DNA of 61,909 nt, counting the filler, from a candidate division TA06 bacterium SM23_40 (GTDB lineage: Bacteria > LJUI01 > SM1-40), in NCBI GenBank assembly GCA_001303705.1. It is 5 parts of 5 records of this genome, joined end to end, with 100 filler letters (N's around TTAATTAATTAA, not from the genome) between each part and the next. Parts side by side here need not be neighbours in the genome. Positions count along the whole stretch, not along the records: positions 42,557 to 50,638 come from LJUI01000116.1; positions 50,739 to 61,909 come from LJUI01000117.1; 3 more parts are not named here. One strand, 5' to 3'. How positions within the stretch are numbered: the stretch's first letter is position 1; each line of letters opens with the position of its first letter. The translations under genes were made by a program, and so were the position numbers. Shown piece by piece: positions 49,272 through 58,920 of the stretch. The notes beneath the pieces were generated by a model. That model had not been told where the DNA came from. It saw only the letters and a program-made list of their open reading frames with translations, and ran no database searches.

Positions 49272-50638
49272 GTTGAGGCTCGTCGTAGTCCACTATCATC
49301 TTCTCCCGGGAGGCGTGACATCAGTGATACGAGACGGTCTCGCCGCCCTCGCGCTGTATGGCGGGTGGGACCGTGTCGTGGCCACGATCCTCGCAGGGCG
49401 ATCCTCCGGCGTGGCATCGTTCCTGGAACAGACGTCGTCGATCTGGGACGGAGGTCTGGCCATCAACGTTCAGACGTGGCCTGTTCTCGACTATCGGTCC
49501 GACCCCTGGCCCTCACAACTCGAATTCGAGGCCGAGGCAATCCGACTCGCACAACAACTCACCGCGGCCTGCAATGCGATAGACGCAGACGTGCTCTGGG
49601 TTCACAATCCTACGCTCGGGAAAAACCCCCTGGTGACCGAGGCAGTCAGCCAACTCCCGCAACGCGCGCCTGGTCTGCGGATTCTGTTCCACATTCATGA
49701 CTTCGCAGAATGTGGACGCCTGGACAATCTGAGAACCCTTCGGCAGTGCTGTGGACGCGGTGGTGTGCGGACTCCGTTCCCGGCAGCTCCAGGGCTATCG
49801 GTCATTACCCTCACAACAGCGGACCGGAACAGACTTACGAGAGCAGGGTATCCCGAGTCGAACGTCTTCTCGGTTCCCGATCCTGTTCCAATGCCCCGTT
49901 CTGTTCGCCCCTTCTCTCCGCACGAGCGCGCCGGTGTTGCACGGCGCATCGCTGCCTGGGGGCGCGGTCACGCGTATCGCTTCGAACCCGGCGGCAAGTG
50001 GCTCGTCGCTCCACTCAGGACAATCCGCCGCAAGAACGTCCTCGAGCTCGCTCTGCTCCTCAGGCTGCTGGGCGACGGGTGGAGGCTCCTCATCACGCTC
50101 GACTGCAATTCCGATCCGGAACGTCCCTATGCAGAAATGGTGAAAGAATGTCTGCGCAGGGAGGATCTCCCCGCTGTTCTTGGATTCGGCCCGGATCTCA
50201 TCGGAGAGGCGATATCCTTCGATCCCCTTCTCGCCTCCGCCGACGCGATAGGCACGACCTCGGTCCTCGAAGGATTTGGGCTCACCTTCGTCGAAGCAGG
50301 ACTCCGCCGCCGTCCGCTTCTCGGCCGAGACCTTCGCGATGTCAGCGGCGACCTCGCGGGACTCCCGAGACAGGGCCTGTACGGAGCCCTGTGTGTGCCC
50401 CTCGAAGAGAGGGACCGTGTGAAGACGCTCAATATGTACCGTGAGAAAGTGACCCGCACTGCCGAGGAGCTGGAGATCACACCTGCTCACCGGGATCGGG
50501 CTATGGACCGGATGGAGTCCACGTTCGAGAACAACCTGATCGATTTCTCCCTCCTCGATCTCGCGTCTCAGGCTCGTGCGGTCCACCGGCTGGCCGACCC
50601 TGCGGCACGTGACGAGGTCCTATCCGCCAACCCCGATG
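49264..50638 (+). CDS. GT4-like glycosyltransferase, possibly mannosylglucosyl-3-phosphoglycerate synthase-like (3'-truncated)
   Basis: HYHLLPGGVTSVI, HNPTLGKN, HIHDFAE.GR, IRRKN, TTSVLEGFGL.F.E. Adjacent to gpgS. Confidence 0.7.
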
Positions 50639-50738
50639 NNNNNNNNNNNNNNNNNNNNNNNNNNNNNNNNNNNNNNNNNNNNTTAATTAATTAANNNNNN
50701 NNNNNNNNNNNNNNNNNNNNNNNNNNNNNNNNNNNNNN
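50639..50738. other. artificial contig linker
   Basis: N-run/TTAATTAATTAA/N-run. Confidence 0.98.
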
Positions 50739-53573
50739 ATACGAGATGTCCCGTAGCTCATCCTCGAAGAGGGTCAGCGGGTGGCGGCTGACCAGGAACC
50801 CGAGCACCTCTACTTCATGGCGAAGGAGCATCCCTTCGTCGTAATCGGGAACCTCGGGAAGAGGATCGTCGAGATGTTTCCCCAGGCGCCGCTCGCCCAT
50901 CACCGCGTACAGTTGCCACATGAGCTGAGGCCGCGTCCTCCCCCGGGCGATCGAGTCGAAGCACCCCGCCTTGATGAGCACCTTCACGTCCGATGGATCG
51001 ACGTCGACCCGATCGAGGAATTCGGCGAACGATCTATATGGTCCCCCTCGCCGCCGCTCCTCGAGGATCGCCTCCAGGCCGGCCGAAGAAAGCCCCTTGA
51101 GCTGCATCAGCCCGACGCGCACCTCGCGGTCCACCCCGGTGTACGGCTCCTCGCTCAGATTGATGTCGGGCGGGAGCACCGCCAGACCCATTCGCTTCGC
51201 CTCGGAGACATAGGCGAATGTCGCATAGTATCCGCCCTGATTGGAGATGACCGCGGCCATGAACTCGGCAGGATAGTGGGCGCGCAGATAGGCCGACTTG
51301 AACGAGACGAGCGCATACGAGGCGCTGTGCGGCTTACAGAAGCTATACCCGCTGAAGCTGAGGATCATCTCCCACACCCGGTCGATCACCTCACGGGCCA
51401 CGCCCCGCGCCCCCGCTCCCCCGTAGAACTGGTCCCGATAATCCCGGAGCTGCTTCTGCGCCCGCTTCCTGGAGAGCGCCTTCCGCAGCCCATCTCCATC
51501 GACGGCATCGAACCCCGCCATCGCCATGGCGACCTTGGTGACATCCTCCTGATAGCACATGATCCCGTAGGTCTCCCGGAGGAGTTCATCGAGAATGGGA
51601 TGGAGCGAAGTATAGGCGCCGCCGTGGAGGCGACGGACGTACTCTCTGATGTAGGTGTTGGCGGCAGGGCGGATGATCGAGCTATGGATCACCAGATGTT
51701 CGAAGTCGCCGGTCCCCGTCTTCTCCTGGAGCTGGCGCATGGCCGGCGACTCGACATAGAAGACGCCGATCGTGTCGCCGCGCGCGATCAACTGCTGGGT
51801 CGCCGGATCGTGGAGCGGATCCCAGGTCCGGTAGTCGATCTCGATCCCATAGTTCGCCTTCACCGCCGCGAGCACGTCGCGGATCACCGCCAGCGAACGG
51901 TTCCCCAATAGATCGATCTTGACCAATCCGCTGTCCTCGGCCTGATCCTTCTCCCACTGGATGATGTTGACTCCTTTCGGCGCCGGCTCCATCGGCACGT
52001 GGCGACTGATCGCATCGGGGACGATGATCATCCCTCCGCAATGGACGGAGAGGTGGCGGGGAAATCCGTCGATCGCCAGGGCGAGGTTGATGATCTCCGG
52101 CCAGGGGGGTGAGAGATCGATATCTTTGAACAGGGGATGGTGCTGGATGAGGCCGGGGAGCCGATGCCTGCCCCAGAGTTGTCTCAACCGTCCGGTGACA
52201 TTCCTGATCTCCCCCTCGGGCAGGCCATAGACCTTGGCGATCTCGCGGACCGCGGCCCGCGCCCGCAGACAGACGTGATTCGCCACCATCGCCGCGCGGT
52301 CTGTGCCATACCGCCGAAAGACATAATCGAGCACATCGTCGCGCTCGTCCCAGGGGAAATCGACATCGATGTCGGGCGCGTCCTTCCGGCCCGGATTGAG
52401 AAACCGCTCGAAAAACAGATGGTACTCGATGGGATCGACATGGGTGATGCCAAGACTGTAGGAGACGATGCTGGCGGCGGCCGAACCGCGTCCGCAGGTG
52501 CGCGGAAAGCGCGAGACGATGTCCTCGACGATGAGGAAGTAGCTGGCAAATCCCTTCTCTCCGATGATCGCGAGTTCGTGTTCGAGCCGCTCGACCAGCT
52601 CGCGCGGCAGCTCCTTTTCCTCGGGAATACCGTACCGGCGGCGCGCGCCCTCATAGGAGCGGGCGCGCAGCGTCTGCAGGGCGCGATCCTTCCCCGGCCC
52701 CGCGAAATCGGGGAAGGCGAATTCACGAAACTCCCAGTCGACGACACAGGCAGCCGCGATCCGTGTCGCGTTCTTCAGGGCCTCGGGACAGTAGACGAAG
52801 GCCTTCGCCATTTCATGCGGCGGCTTGAGCCAGGCGCTCCGCGGGGCGAGCTCCCGTGGAGGCAGGCGCGACAGTTTGGTATTGCAATCGATCGCCCGCA
52901 CCAGCCGGTGGATAACGAACTCCTCGGGATCGAGGAAGTGGACGGCATTCGTCGCCACCGGAGGGATGCCGAGCTCACGGGCGAGGCACACCACTTCGTC
53001 TGTCGTCCCGCCGGGCCGGAGCTCGGCATAGAGAGGAGCGACCTCGGCTGCGGACGTCGCCGCGGACAGAGACACGTACGTTGATGCGTCTCCGCCGCCT
53101 GCCCGACAGACCCCATGACCTCGCCCGCGGGGTGGATGGCCCGTTCCGGTCGGCCGCCAGAGATGGCCGGCCGACCGGAGAAGGGGACTGGCGAGCTGGC
53201 GGAGGAGCCCGACCGAGTCGCTCAATACGACGATTCCCTCGCGGTCGTGGACCAGAGCGCGGGCCAGGGAGAACTTCTCATCGCAGTGGCGCTGCGAGAT
53301 GAGACGACAGAGAGTCTCATATCCCCGACGACTCCGTGCCAGCACCACAGCGCGCTCATCGCCCGTCACGAGCTCGGCACCGATGATAGGGTGGATGCCG
53401 AACTCCTTCGCCACCTGGAGGAATATGATGAGTCCATAGAGTCCATTCGTATCGGTGAGCGCCAGGGTATCCATTCCCCGCGCTCTGGCGACACGACAGA
53501 CATCCTCGATTGGTGCCGTCCCCCGCATCATCGAGTAGTAACTATGGACATGGAGATGGACGAACCGCGACAT
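50739..53573 (-). CDS. dnaE2: error-prone DNA polymerase III alpha (DnaE2-type), 3'-truncated
   Basis: PHP HLHVHS, GRGSAAAS, PDIDVDF, KIDLLG, GYSFCKPHSASY. Sits in a lexA-imuB cassette. Confidence 0.88.
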
Positions 53574-53764
53574 CAGAGTACCTGTTTCATCATTAGAGTA
53601 CCTGTCCCATCGAAACTCTTATTCCATCATCGGAGTACCCGTCCCACCATCGGAGCATCTGTCCCATCGGGACGCCCGCCCCATCATCAGAACACCTGTC
53701 CCATTATCAGGGCACCCGCTCCATCATCGGGACACCTGTCCTATCATCAGAGCACCCGTCCCAT
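53571..53764 (-). repeat. 10 tandem degenerate copies (20 or 17 nt) of the imuB-stop/dnaE2-start junction, consensus ATGGGACAGGTRCTCTGATG
   Basis: Units start (plus-strand coordinates) at 53571, 53591, 53611, 53628, 53648, 53668, 53685, 53705, 53725 and 53745. Confidence 0.92.
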
Positions 53765-55012
53765 CCGAATGGCCTCGCCGCCATACTTTTCACGGATCCT
53801 GTCGATCGCCGCGACCAGTTCGCGATCCCTTTGCACACCTTCTCGCCCGGACGAGCGGGCAGCTCTGTTCTCTCCCGTACAGCCGAAGAGATCGAGCTGG
53901 CGGGTGCGCACAATCAGGTCGGTAAGCTGGATCGAGAGATGGCGCACACGCTGCCTTCGGTCGCAGGCCTGGAAGAACAGGGACTCAACGTGGCGGAAAA
54001 GATACATATCGAGAGTCGTCCTCTCGTCGAACCCTGCGCGGTCGAGCCGCGGCCGGCCGTCACCGCGCGATCTACCGCTACCTTGCCCCCGACCATCGAG
54101 CCTGGTGCGCCGCACCCGCTCGACATGATCGGCATAGCGGAGCGTGAGCGTCAGCCGCCTCGCCACTACACCCCCCTTTCGCAACCGATGCGCCGCTCGC
54201 TCGCTCATCGCATAGAGTTCAGCGAGGAGACGCCGATCGTCGTTCGTATCCTCCGCCAGGAAACCTTCCTCGACGATCGCCGGCCTCCGCTGCGGCGGGC
54301 GCACCGGAGTGGGATCGATCCCCAACGCCTGCCGATGAAGCACATAGGCAACACGCCCGAAGACGACGGTGAGATAACCGATCGGTATCACCGCCAGCTG
54401 GCGGATGAGGCGAATATTCAGTTCCTCAACAAGCACCTCCTCGGTGTCCTGTTTCAATTCCGGCAACACACGCACGGTCAGCGGCGCGAGAAAGGCTGCC
54501 TCGCCCCCATGTTCGACATCGCAGACGTCCCCATCAGGCTGGATGATCCTGGCCGCCACTCTGCTCACAAGTTTATTCGATGCGATGCCGACCGTCCCCC
54601 TGAGCGAGAGCCGGCTCGATATCTCCCGCCGCATCCTCGCCGCCACATCCCTGGGTTCGCCGAAGAGACGCCGCGTCCCGGTTATGTCGATGAAGAGATG
54701 ACCGTATGAGGACGGCTCCACCAGGGGCGAGAACTCCCCCAGTACCTCGTACACCGAGCGGGATGCGGCCCGGTACAGTATCTCGTTGGGGGGGATCACC
54801 ACCAGGTCCCGGCACCACCGACGCGCATGTGCGAGCGGCATCCCCTTGCGGATGCCGGCACGGTAGGCCTCGATGGAGGCGCAGCGCACCGCTGCCCGGG
54901 CCGCTCCCGGCACACCGATGACGACCGGCCTGCCGCGCAGCCGCGGTTCCCGCACCTCCTCGACCGCCACCCCAAAGGCGGCGATGTCAAGATGTATAAT
55001 GTGACGCTCCAT
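53747..55012 (-). CDS. Y-family polymerase homolog (DinB/ImuB-like), probably catalytically inactive
   Basis: HLDIAAF..VE, PRLRGRPVV, GIASNKLVS. The usual SIDE motif reads SYGH. C-terminal QLDLF clamp-binding-like motif. Confidence 0.85.
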   Translation of the reverse strand: MERHIIHLDIAAFGVAVEEVREPRLRGRPVVIGVPGAARAAVRCASIEAYRAGIRKGMPLAHARRWCRDLVVIPPNEILYRAASRSVYEVLGEFSPLVEPSSYGHLFIDITGTRRLFGEPRDVAARMRREISSRLSLRGTVGIASNKLVSRVAARIIQPDGDVCDVEHGGEAAFLAPLTVRVLPELKQDTEEVLVEELNIRLIRQLAVIPIGYLTVVFGRVAYVLHRQALGIDPTPVRPPQRRPAIVEEGFLAEDTNDDRRLLAELYAMSERAAHRLRKGGVVARRLTLTLRYADHVERVRRTRLDGRGQGSGRSRGDGRPRLDRAGFDERTTLDMYLFRHVESLFFQACDRRQRVRHLSIQLTDLIVRTRQLDLFGCTGENRAARSSGREGVQRDRELVAAIDRIREKYGGEAIRMGRVL

Positions 55013-55610
55013 AGTTCCGAATCAGCCCCACCACCACACCGCGGATCGAGAACTCACCCTCGGTCACCACGATGGGGCTGAGGGCGGCGTTGGCCGGACG
55101 AAGCTCGACCCCTGCCCCGGTGCGATAGAACCGCTTCACCGTCGCCTCGCCATCGACCAACGCCACCACTGTCTGCCCATCGTCGGCCGTCTCCTGCCGC
55201 TTGACGATCAACAGGTCACCATCGAGGATCCCGTCATCGACCATAGACTGGCCCTCTACTTCGAGCGCATAGTGCTCGCCGTGGTGGAGCATGGCCTGCG
55301 GCACCTCGACCGTTCCCGGCTGCTCCACCACCTCAAGCGGACGCCCCGCGGCGACCGGTCCCAACAGCGGCAGTTCGACCGTTCCGCTCCGCTCCCAATC
55401 CACCAGCGCAAGGGCCCGCTTCTGGTTCCTCCACGGGCTCTGGATCACGCCCTTCTCCGCGAGCCGCCTCAGATGTTTCTGCACGGAGTTGAGCGAGCGA
55501 AATCCGAAATGCCGGCGGATTTCGTCATATGAAGGGGCCACTCCTTCCCGGGCTACATAGGCCCGGATGAATTCATAGACCTCTCGTTGCCGCCTGGTCA
55601 GCATCATCAT
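54987..55610 (-). CDS. lexA: SOS repressor LexA
   Basis: LTRRQ..V, PSYDEI, cleavage site VAAG.P, catalytic GQSM and ATVKR. Confidence 0.95.
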   Translation of the reverse strand: MMMLTRRQREVYEFIRAYVAREGVAPSYDEIRRHFGFRSLNSVQKHLRRLAEKGVIQSPWRNQKRALALVDWERSGTVELPLLGPVAAGRPLEVVEQPGTVEVPQAMLHHGEHYALEVEGQSMVDDGILDGDLLIVKRQETADDGQTVVALVDGEATVKRFYRTGAGVELRPANAALSPIVVTEGEFSIRGVVVGLIRNYGASHYTS

Positions 55611-55795
55611 GCTCGGCCTCTCCTCACACACGCCGTTCTCTTCGTGATATGCTTCTCATCGCTACGGGAGATCATTCGGTATCCTCGGTTGTCAGCCGTC
55701 GCCTATCACCTGCCACCTGCCACCTGCCACCCATCACCCTCACCCGTCGTGCGTCGCCCGTTGACTATCGACCACAGGCTATCATGCCGGTACTC

Positions 55796-55824
55796 ATTAT
55801 AGGTGTAAGTAAGGTGTAAGTCAA
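55796..55824 (-). promoter_or_regulatory. lexA cassette promoter with an 11-bp-period direct repeat (candidate LexA operator)
   Basis: TTGACT-17 bp-TATAAT. ACTTACACCT occurs twice (55801-55810 and 55812-55821). Confidence 0.75.
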
Positions 55825-56220
55825 GAGAAAAATATAAAAAATCGTCCGTCTCGAGCCGACGCCGCAACCGTGAAGCACAGCGGATCTTACGACATCGAAA
55901 TCGAGACGGACGCCGCTCCGCTCAGCAGAGCTCATTATCTCATATTGTGGAGACTACCCCCCAACCTTCTGAACCTACCAACGTCCCCGGGTCTCTCAGA
56001 AGACGATAAACCCGAGCAGTCTCTCCGCTCGGGCCGCCTACGTCGCCATCATCTCCGCCTGCCAGCTCTCTCGGATCGCCCACCGTAGGCCCGGGCAGCG
56101 GGACATCTGCCATCGGCCACAATCCTGTCCGGCGGCCAGACGCCTCCCACCGCCCGCCACACCAACTCTACCCCGGACCACCGCCCATGTCAACAAAAAA
56201 TCCCAATAAAATACAGACCC

Positions 56221-56320
56221 GGGACGTACCTGGGTTTTGAAGGTTATTGCGATCCAGCCTTCGCACGCCCGCCTCCTCCGTTGGCATAACTCAATAACCT
56301 TCATTTCCAAGGTACGTCCC
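56221..56320. mobile_element. MITE/REP-like element: 29-bp imperfect terminal inverted repeats around a 42-bp core
   Basis: GGGACGTACCTGGGTTTTGAAGGTTATTG ... CAATAACCTTCATTTCCAAGGTACGTCCC. Confidence 0.5.
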
Positions 56321-56348
56321 TCCGGGCTGAACCTACCAACGTCTCCCA

Positions 56349-56377
56349 TTGACTTGTCGGCGGTTCTCGTGTATGCT
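56349..56377 (+). promoter_or_regulatory. sigma70-like promoter for glyA
   Basis: TTGACT-17 bp-TATGCT. Confidence 0.55.
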
Positions 56378-56433
56378 GGGCGGGAGGCCTGTCAGGCATA
56401 AACTCAAGGGTACTTACATAGGGAGGGGAGAGC

Positions 56434-57882
56434 ATGGCTACACTCCGCGAGCGTATCGCCAACCTCGTCGAGCGGGCTGCCGAGAACAACTCATGGCGCC
56501 AACATCGCTGCTTCAACCTCATCCCGTCAGAGACGACGCCGAGCCTGCTGGTGAAGATGTGCGAGATCTCCGATCCGGCCGGCAGATATGCCGAACACCG
56601 CACGATGAAGGGGAAGGAGATCTACTTCTACCAGGGAATCGATTTCATCCGCGAGGTTGAGGAGGAGGCGCGTGCCGAGCTATGCACGTACTTCGGGTGC
56701 TCGGAGGTCGAACTCCGCCCGATCAGCGGCCAGATGGCGAACGAGGTCGTCTTCAAGGCCGTGACGAAGCTCATCAACCGGGAGAACGCCCCGGGGCAGC
56801 CATTCAGGCGCATGCGCTCAGTGATGAACAATGACCTGACCAAGGGGGGACATCTCAGTTCGCAGCCGATGGGCGCGCTCTTCAACTACGTCGAGATCGA
56901 TCCGGAGACAGGGAAAGAGGCAGTCGTCAACTTCCCCATCCGCGAGGACAATCCGTACAGGACCGACGAAACCAAGCTCGAGGACCTCCTCCGGACGCAC
57001 CGTCCGGAACTGGTCGTCTTCGGGAAGAGCATGTTCATCTATCGCGAGCCGGTCAGATTCGTGGCCAGGATCGCGGCTGAGCTCGATCCCCCGCCGATCC
57101 TCATGTACGATATGGCCCACGTCCTCGGTCTGTACGGTCTGTTTCAGGAACCGCTCGCTGAGGGGGCTGACATCGTCACCGGGAGCACTCACAAGACGTT
57201 CTTCGGGCCCCAACGCGGCGTCGTGGCCAGCAACATGGAAAAAGGGACGCCGCTCCGCAAGCTGTGGATCGAGACGAAGAGCCGTGCATTCCCCGGTTCC
57301 ACGAGCAATCATCATCTCGGCACGCTGCTCGCTCTCCTCCTCGCCACCTATGAGATGAACGCGTTCAAGGAGGAGTACCAGAGCCAGGTGCGCAAGAACG
57401 CCAAGGCCTGGGCTAAGGCCCTGGTCGCCTACGGTGTCGAGGTAGAGGGCGATCCCAGTGACGGATACACTGAGACTCATCAGGTCCTGCTGCGGGTGAG
57501 GAAGTACGGGATCGGAGAGGACATCGCCAGGCGACTCGAGGAGAACAACATCGTCGCCAACTACCAGGCACTCCCCGATGATCCCAGCTTCATCAACTCG
57601 AGCGGGATCCGGACGGGCGTCCAGGAGATGACACGGTTTGGAATGCAGGAGAGGGATTTCGACAGACTTGCCGGATTCACGGCCGAGGTCGTCATCAATA
57701 ACAAGGATGTGGCTGACGAGGTCGCCGCCTATCGCAAGGAATTCAACGAGATGCAATACTGCCTCCCCCCGGAGGAGGCTGCCCAATTCGGCGCCAGGCT
57801 ACTGGCCACCGTCCTACCCAACAGCGACTACTCGAAGCTGTTCGCCGACAACCTGATCGCAGCGGCCGCGCTCGCACGCTGA
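56434..57882 (+). CDS. glyA: serine hydroxymethyltransferase (divergent type)
   Basis: NLIPSE, RYAEH, SGQMAN, GGHLS, DMAHVLGL, PLP lysine STHKTFFGPQRG, SGIRTG. Confidence 0.85.
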   Translation: MATLRERIANLVERAAENNSWRQHRCFNLIPSETTPSLLVKMCEISDPAGRYAEHRTMKGKEIYFYQGIDFIREVEEEARAELCTYFGCSEVELRPISGQMANEVVFKAVTKLINRENAPGQPFRRMRSVMNNDLTKGGHLSSQPMGALFNYVEIDPETGKEAVVNFPIREDNPYRTDETKLEDLLRTHRPELVVFGKSMFIYREPVRFVARIAAELDPPPILMYDMAHVLGLYGLFQEPLAEGADIVTGSTHKTFFGPQRGVVASNMEKGTPLRKLWIETKSRAFPGSTSNHHLGTLLALLLATYEMNAFKEEYQSQVRKNAKAWAKALVAYGVEVEGDPSDGYTETHQVLLRVRKYGIGEDIARRLEENNIVANYQALPDDPSFINSSGIRTGVQEMTRFGMQERDFDRLAGFTAEVVINNKDVADEVAAYRKEFNEMQYCLPPEEAAQFGARLLATVLPNSDYSKLFADNLIAAAALAR

Positions 57883-58050
57883 CGGAGGTCGCTGCGGCGG
57901 CGCCGGCAGTCCGCAGACGCTGACCGCTCAATCGGCTGATCGCAGAAGAGCGATCGGCTGCCAGGCGAGAAAAGACGATCGGCAGCCCGCGGCCATCCGG
58001 CCTGGTACATGGGCTGCCGATTCTATTCCCGTGTGGCGGGAACCTCGCCC

Positions 58051-58920
58051 TCAGTATTTGATCCCCACCCGCTCCCGCACCTTCTCGATCGTCGGGGCGG
58101 CCCGTTCCCGCGCCCTCTCCGCGCCGCGGCGGAGGATCTCACGAACCACACTCGGATCCTTCGCCAGCTGCGCGCGCTTCCTCCGATAGGGACCGAAGTA
58201 GTCGATTATGAGACTGAACAGTTCCTTCTTGACCTCGCTGTACCGCACGCCGCCCGTCCGATATCGGTCGGCAAGACTCGCCGCATCCTCCGGCGCGGCG
58301 AATAACTTGTACAGCAAGAACAGATTGTCAGCCTCAGGATCCTTCTTTTCGTCGATCGGCCGTGAATCGGTGACGATTCCCATCACCTTTTGACGCACAG
58401 ATTCCTCGTCAGCGAAGATCTCGATCGTGTTGTCGTAGCTCTTCGACATCTTCTGTCCGTCAATCCCGGGGACGACCGCCACTTCGTCCTCGATCTCCGG
58501 CTCCGGGATGACGAAGGTCTCGCCGTATGTCTGGTTGAACTTGATGGCGATATCACGCGCCACCTCGACGTGCTGCTTCTGATCCTTGCCGACCGGGATG
58601 ATCTCCGACTGATAGAGAAGGATGTCTGCTGCCATCAACACGGGATAGGCGAAGAGTCCGTGGTTGGGCGATAATCCCCTCGCGATCTTGTCCTTGTACG
58701 AATGGCAGCGCTGCAGGAGTCCCATCGGCGTGACGTTCGAAAGGATCCAGGTGAGCTCGGTCACCTCGGGCACGTCGGATTGGACCCAGAAGATCGCCTT
58801 CTCGGGATCGAGCCCGTAGAGCTCATGCTCCTCCTGGTACGCGATCATTCGCCGCATCATCCCGAAGTAGTTGCCTATATGTAGAGACCCGGACGGCTGG
58901 ATACCTGATAGGACGCGCAT
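58051..58920 (-). CDS. trpS: tryptophanyl-tRNA synthetase with an apparent internal in-frame deletion
   Basis: SGIQPSG.LHIGNY, YPVLMAADIL, PVGKDQKQH, KMSKS. Only 289 aa, and the 'ADxHA' segment is missing. Confidence 0.85.
   Translation of the reverse strand: MRVLSGIQPSGSLHIGNYFGMMRRMIAYQEEHELYGLDPEKAIFWVQSDVPEVTELTWILSNVTPMGLLQRCHSYKDKIARGLSPNHGLFAYPVLMAADILLYQSEIIPVGKDQKQHVEVARDIAIKFNQTYGETFVIPEPEIEDEVAVVPGIDGQKMSKSYDNTIEIFADEESVRQKVMGIVTDSRPIDEKKDPEADNLFLLYKLFAAPEDAASLADRYRTGGVRYSEVKKELFSLIIDYFGPYRRKRAQLAKDPSVVREILRRGAERARERAAPTIEKVRERVGIKY

Noticed and set aside
53035-53195. Intein in dnaE2
   Set aside because: Too short, and it lacks the N-terminal Cys/Ser block and the C-terminal His-Asn motif.
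53571-53764. CRISPR array
   Set aside because: Units are contiguous, degenerate 17-20-mers with no unique spacers, and no cas operon is present.
56000-56433. ZTP riboswitch upstream of glyA
   Set aside because: Consensus elements were not recognisable, and the predicted promoter leaves only a ~50-nt leader.
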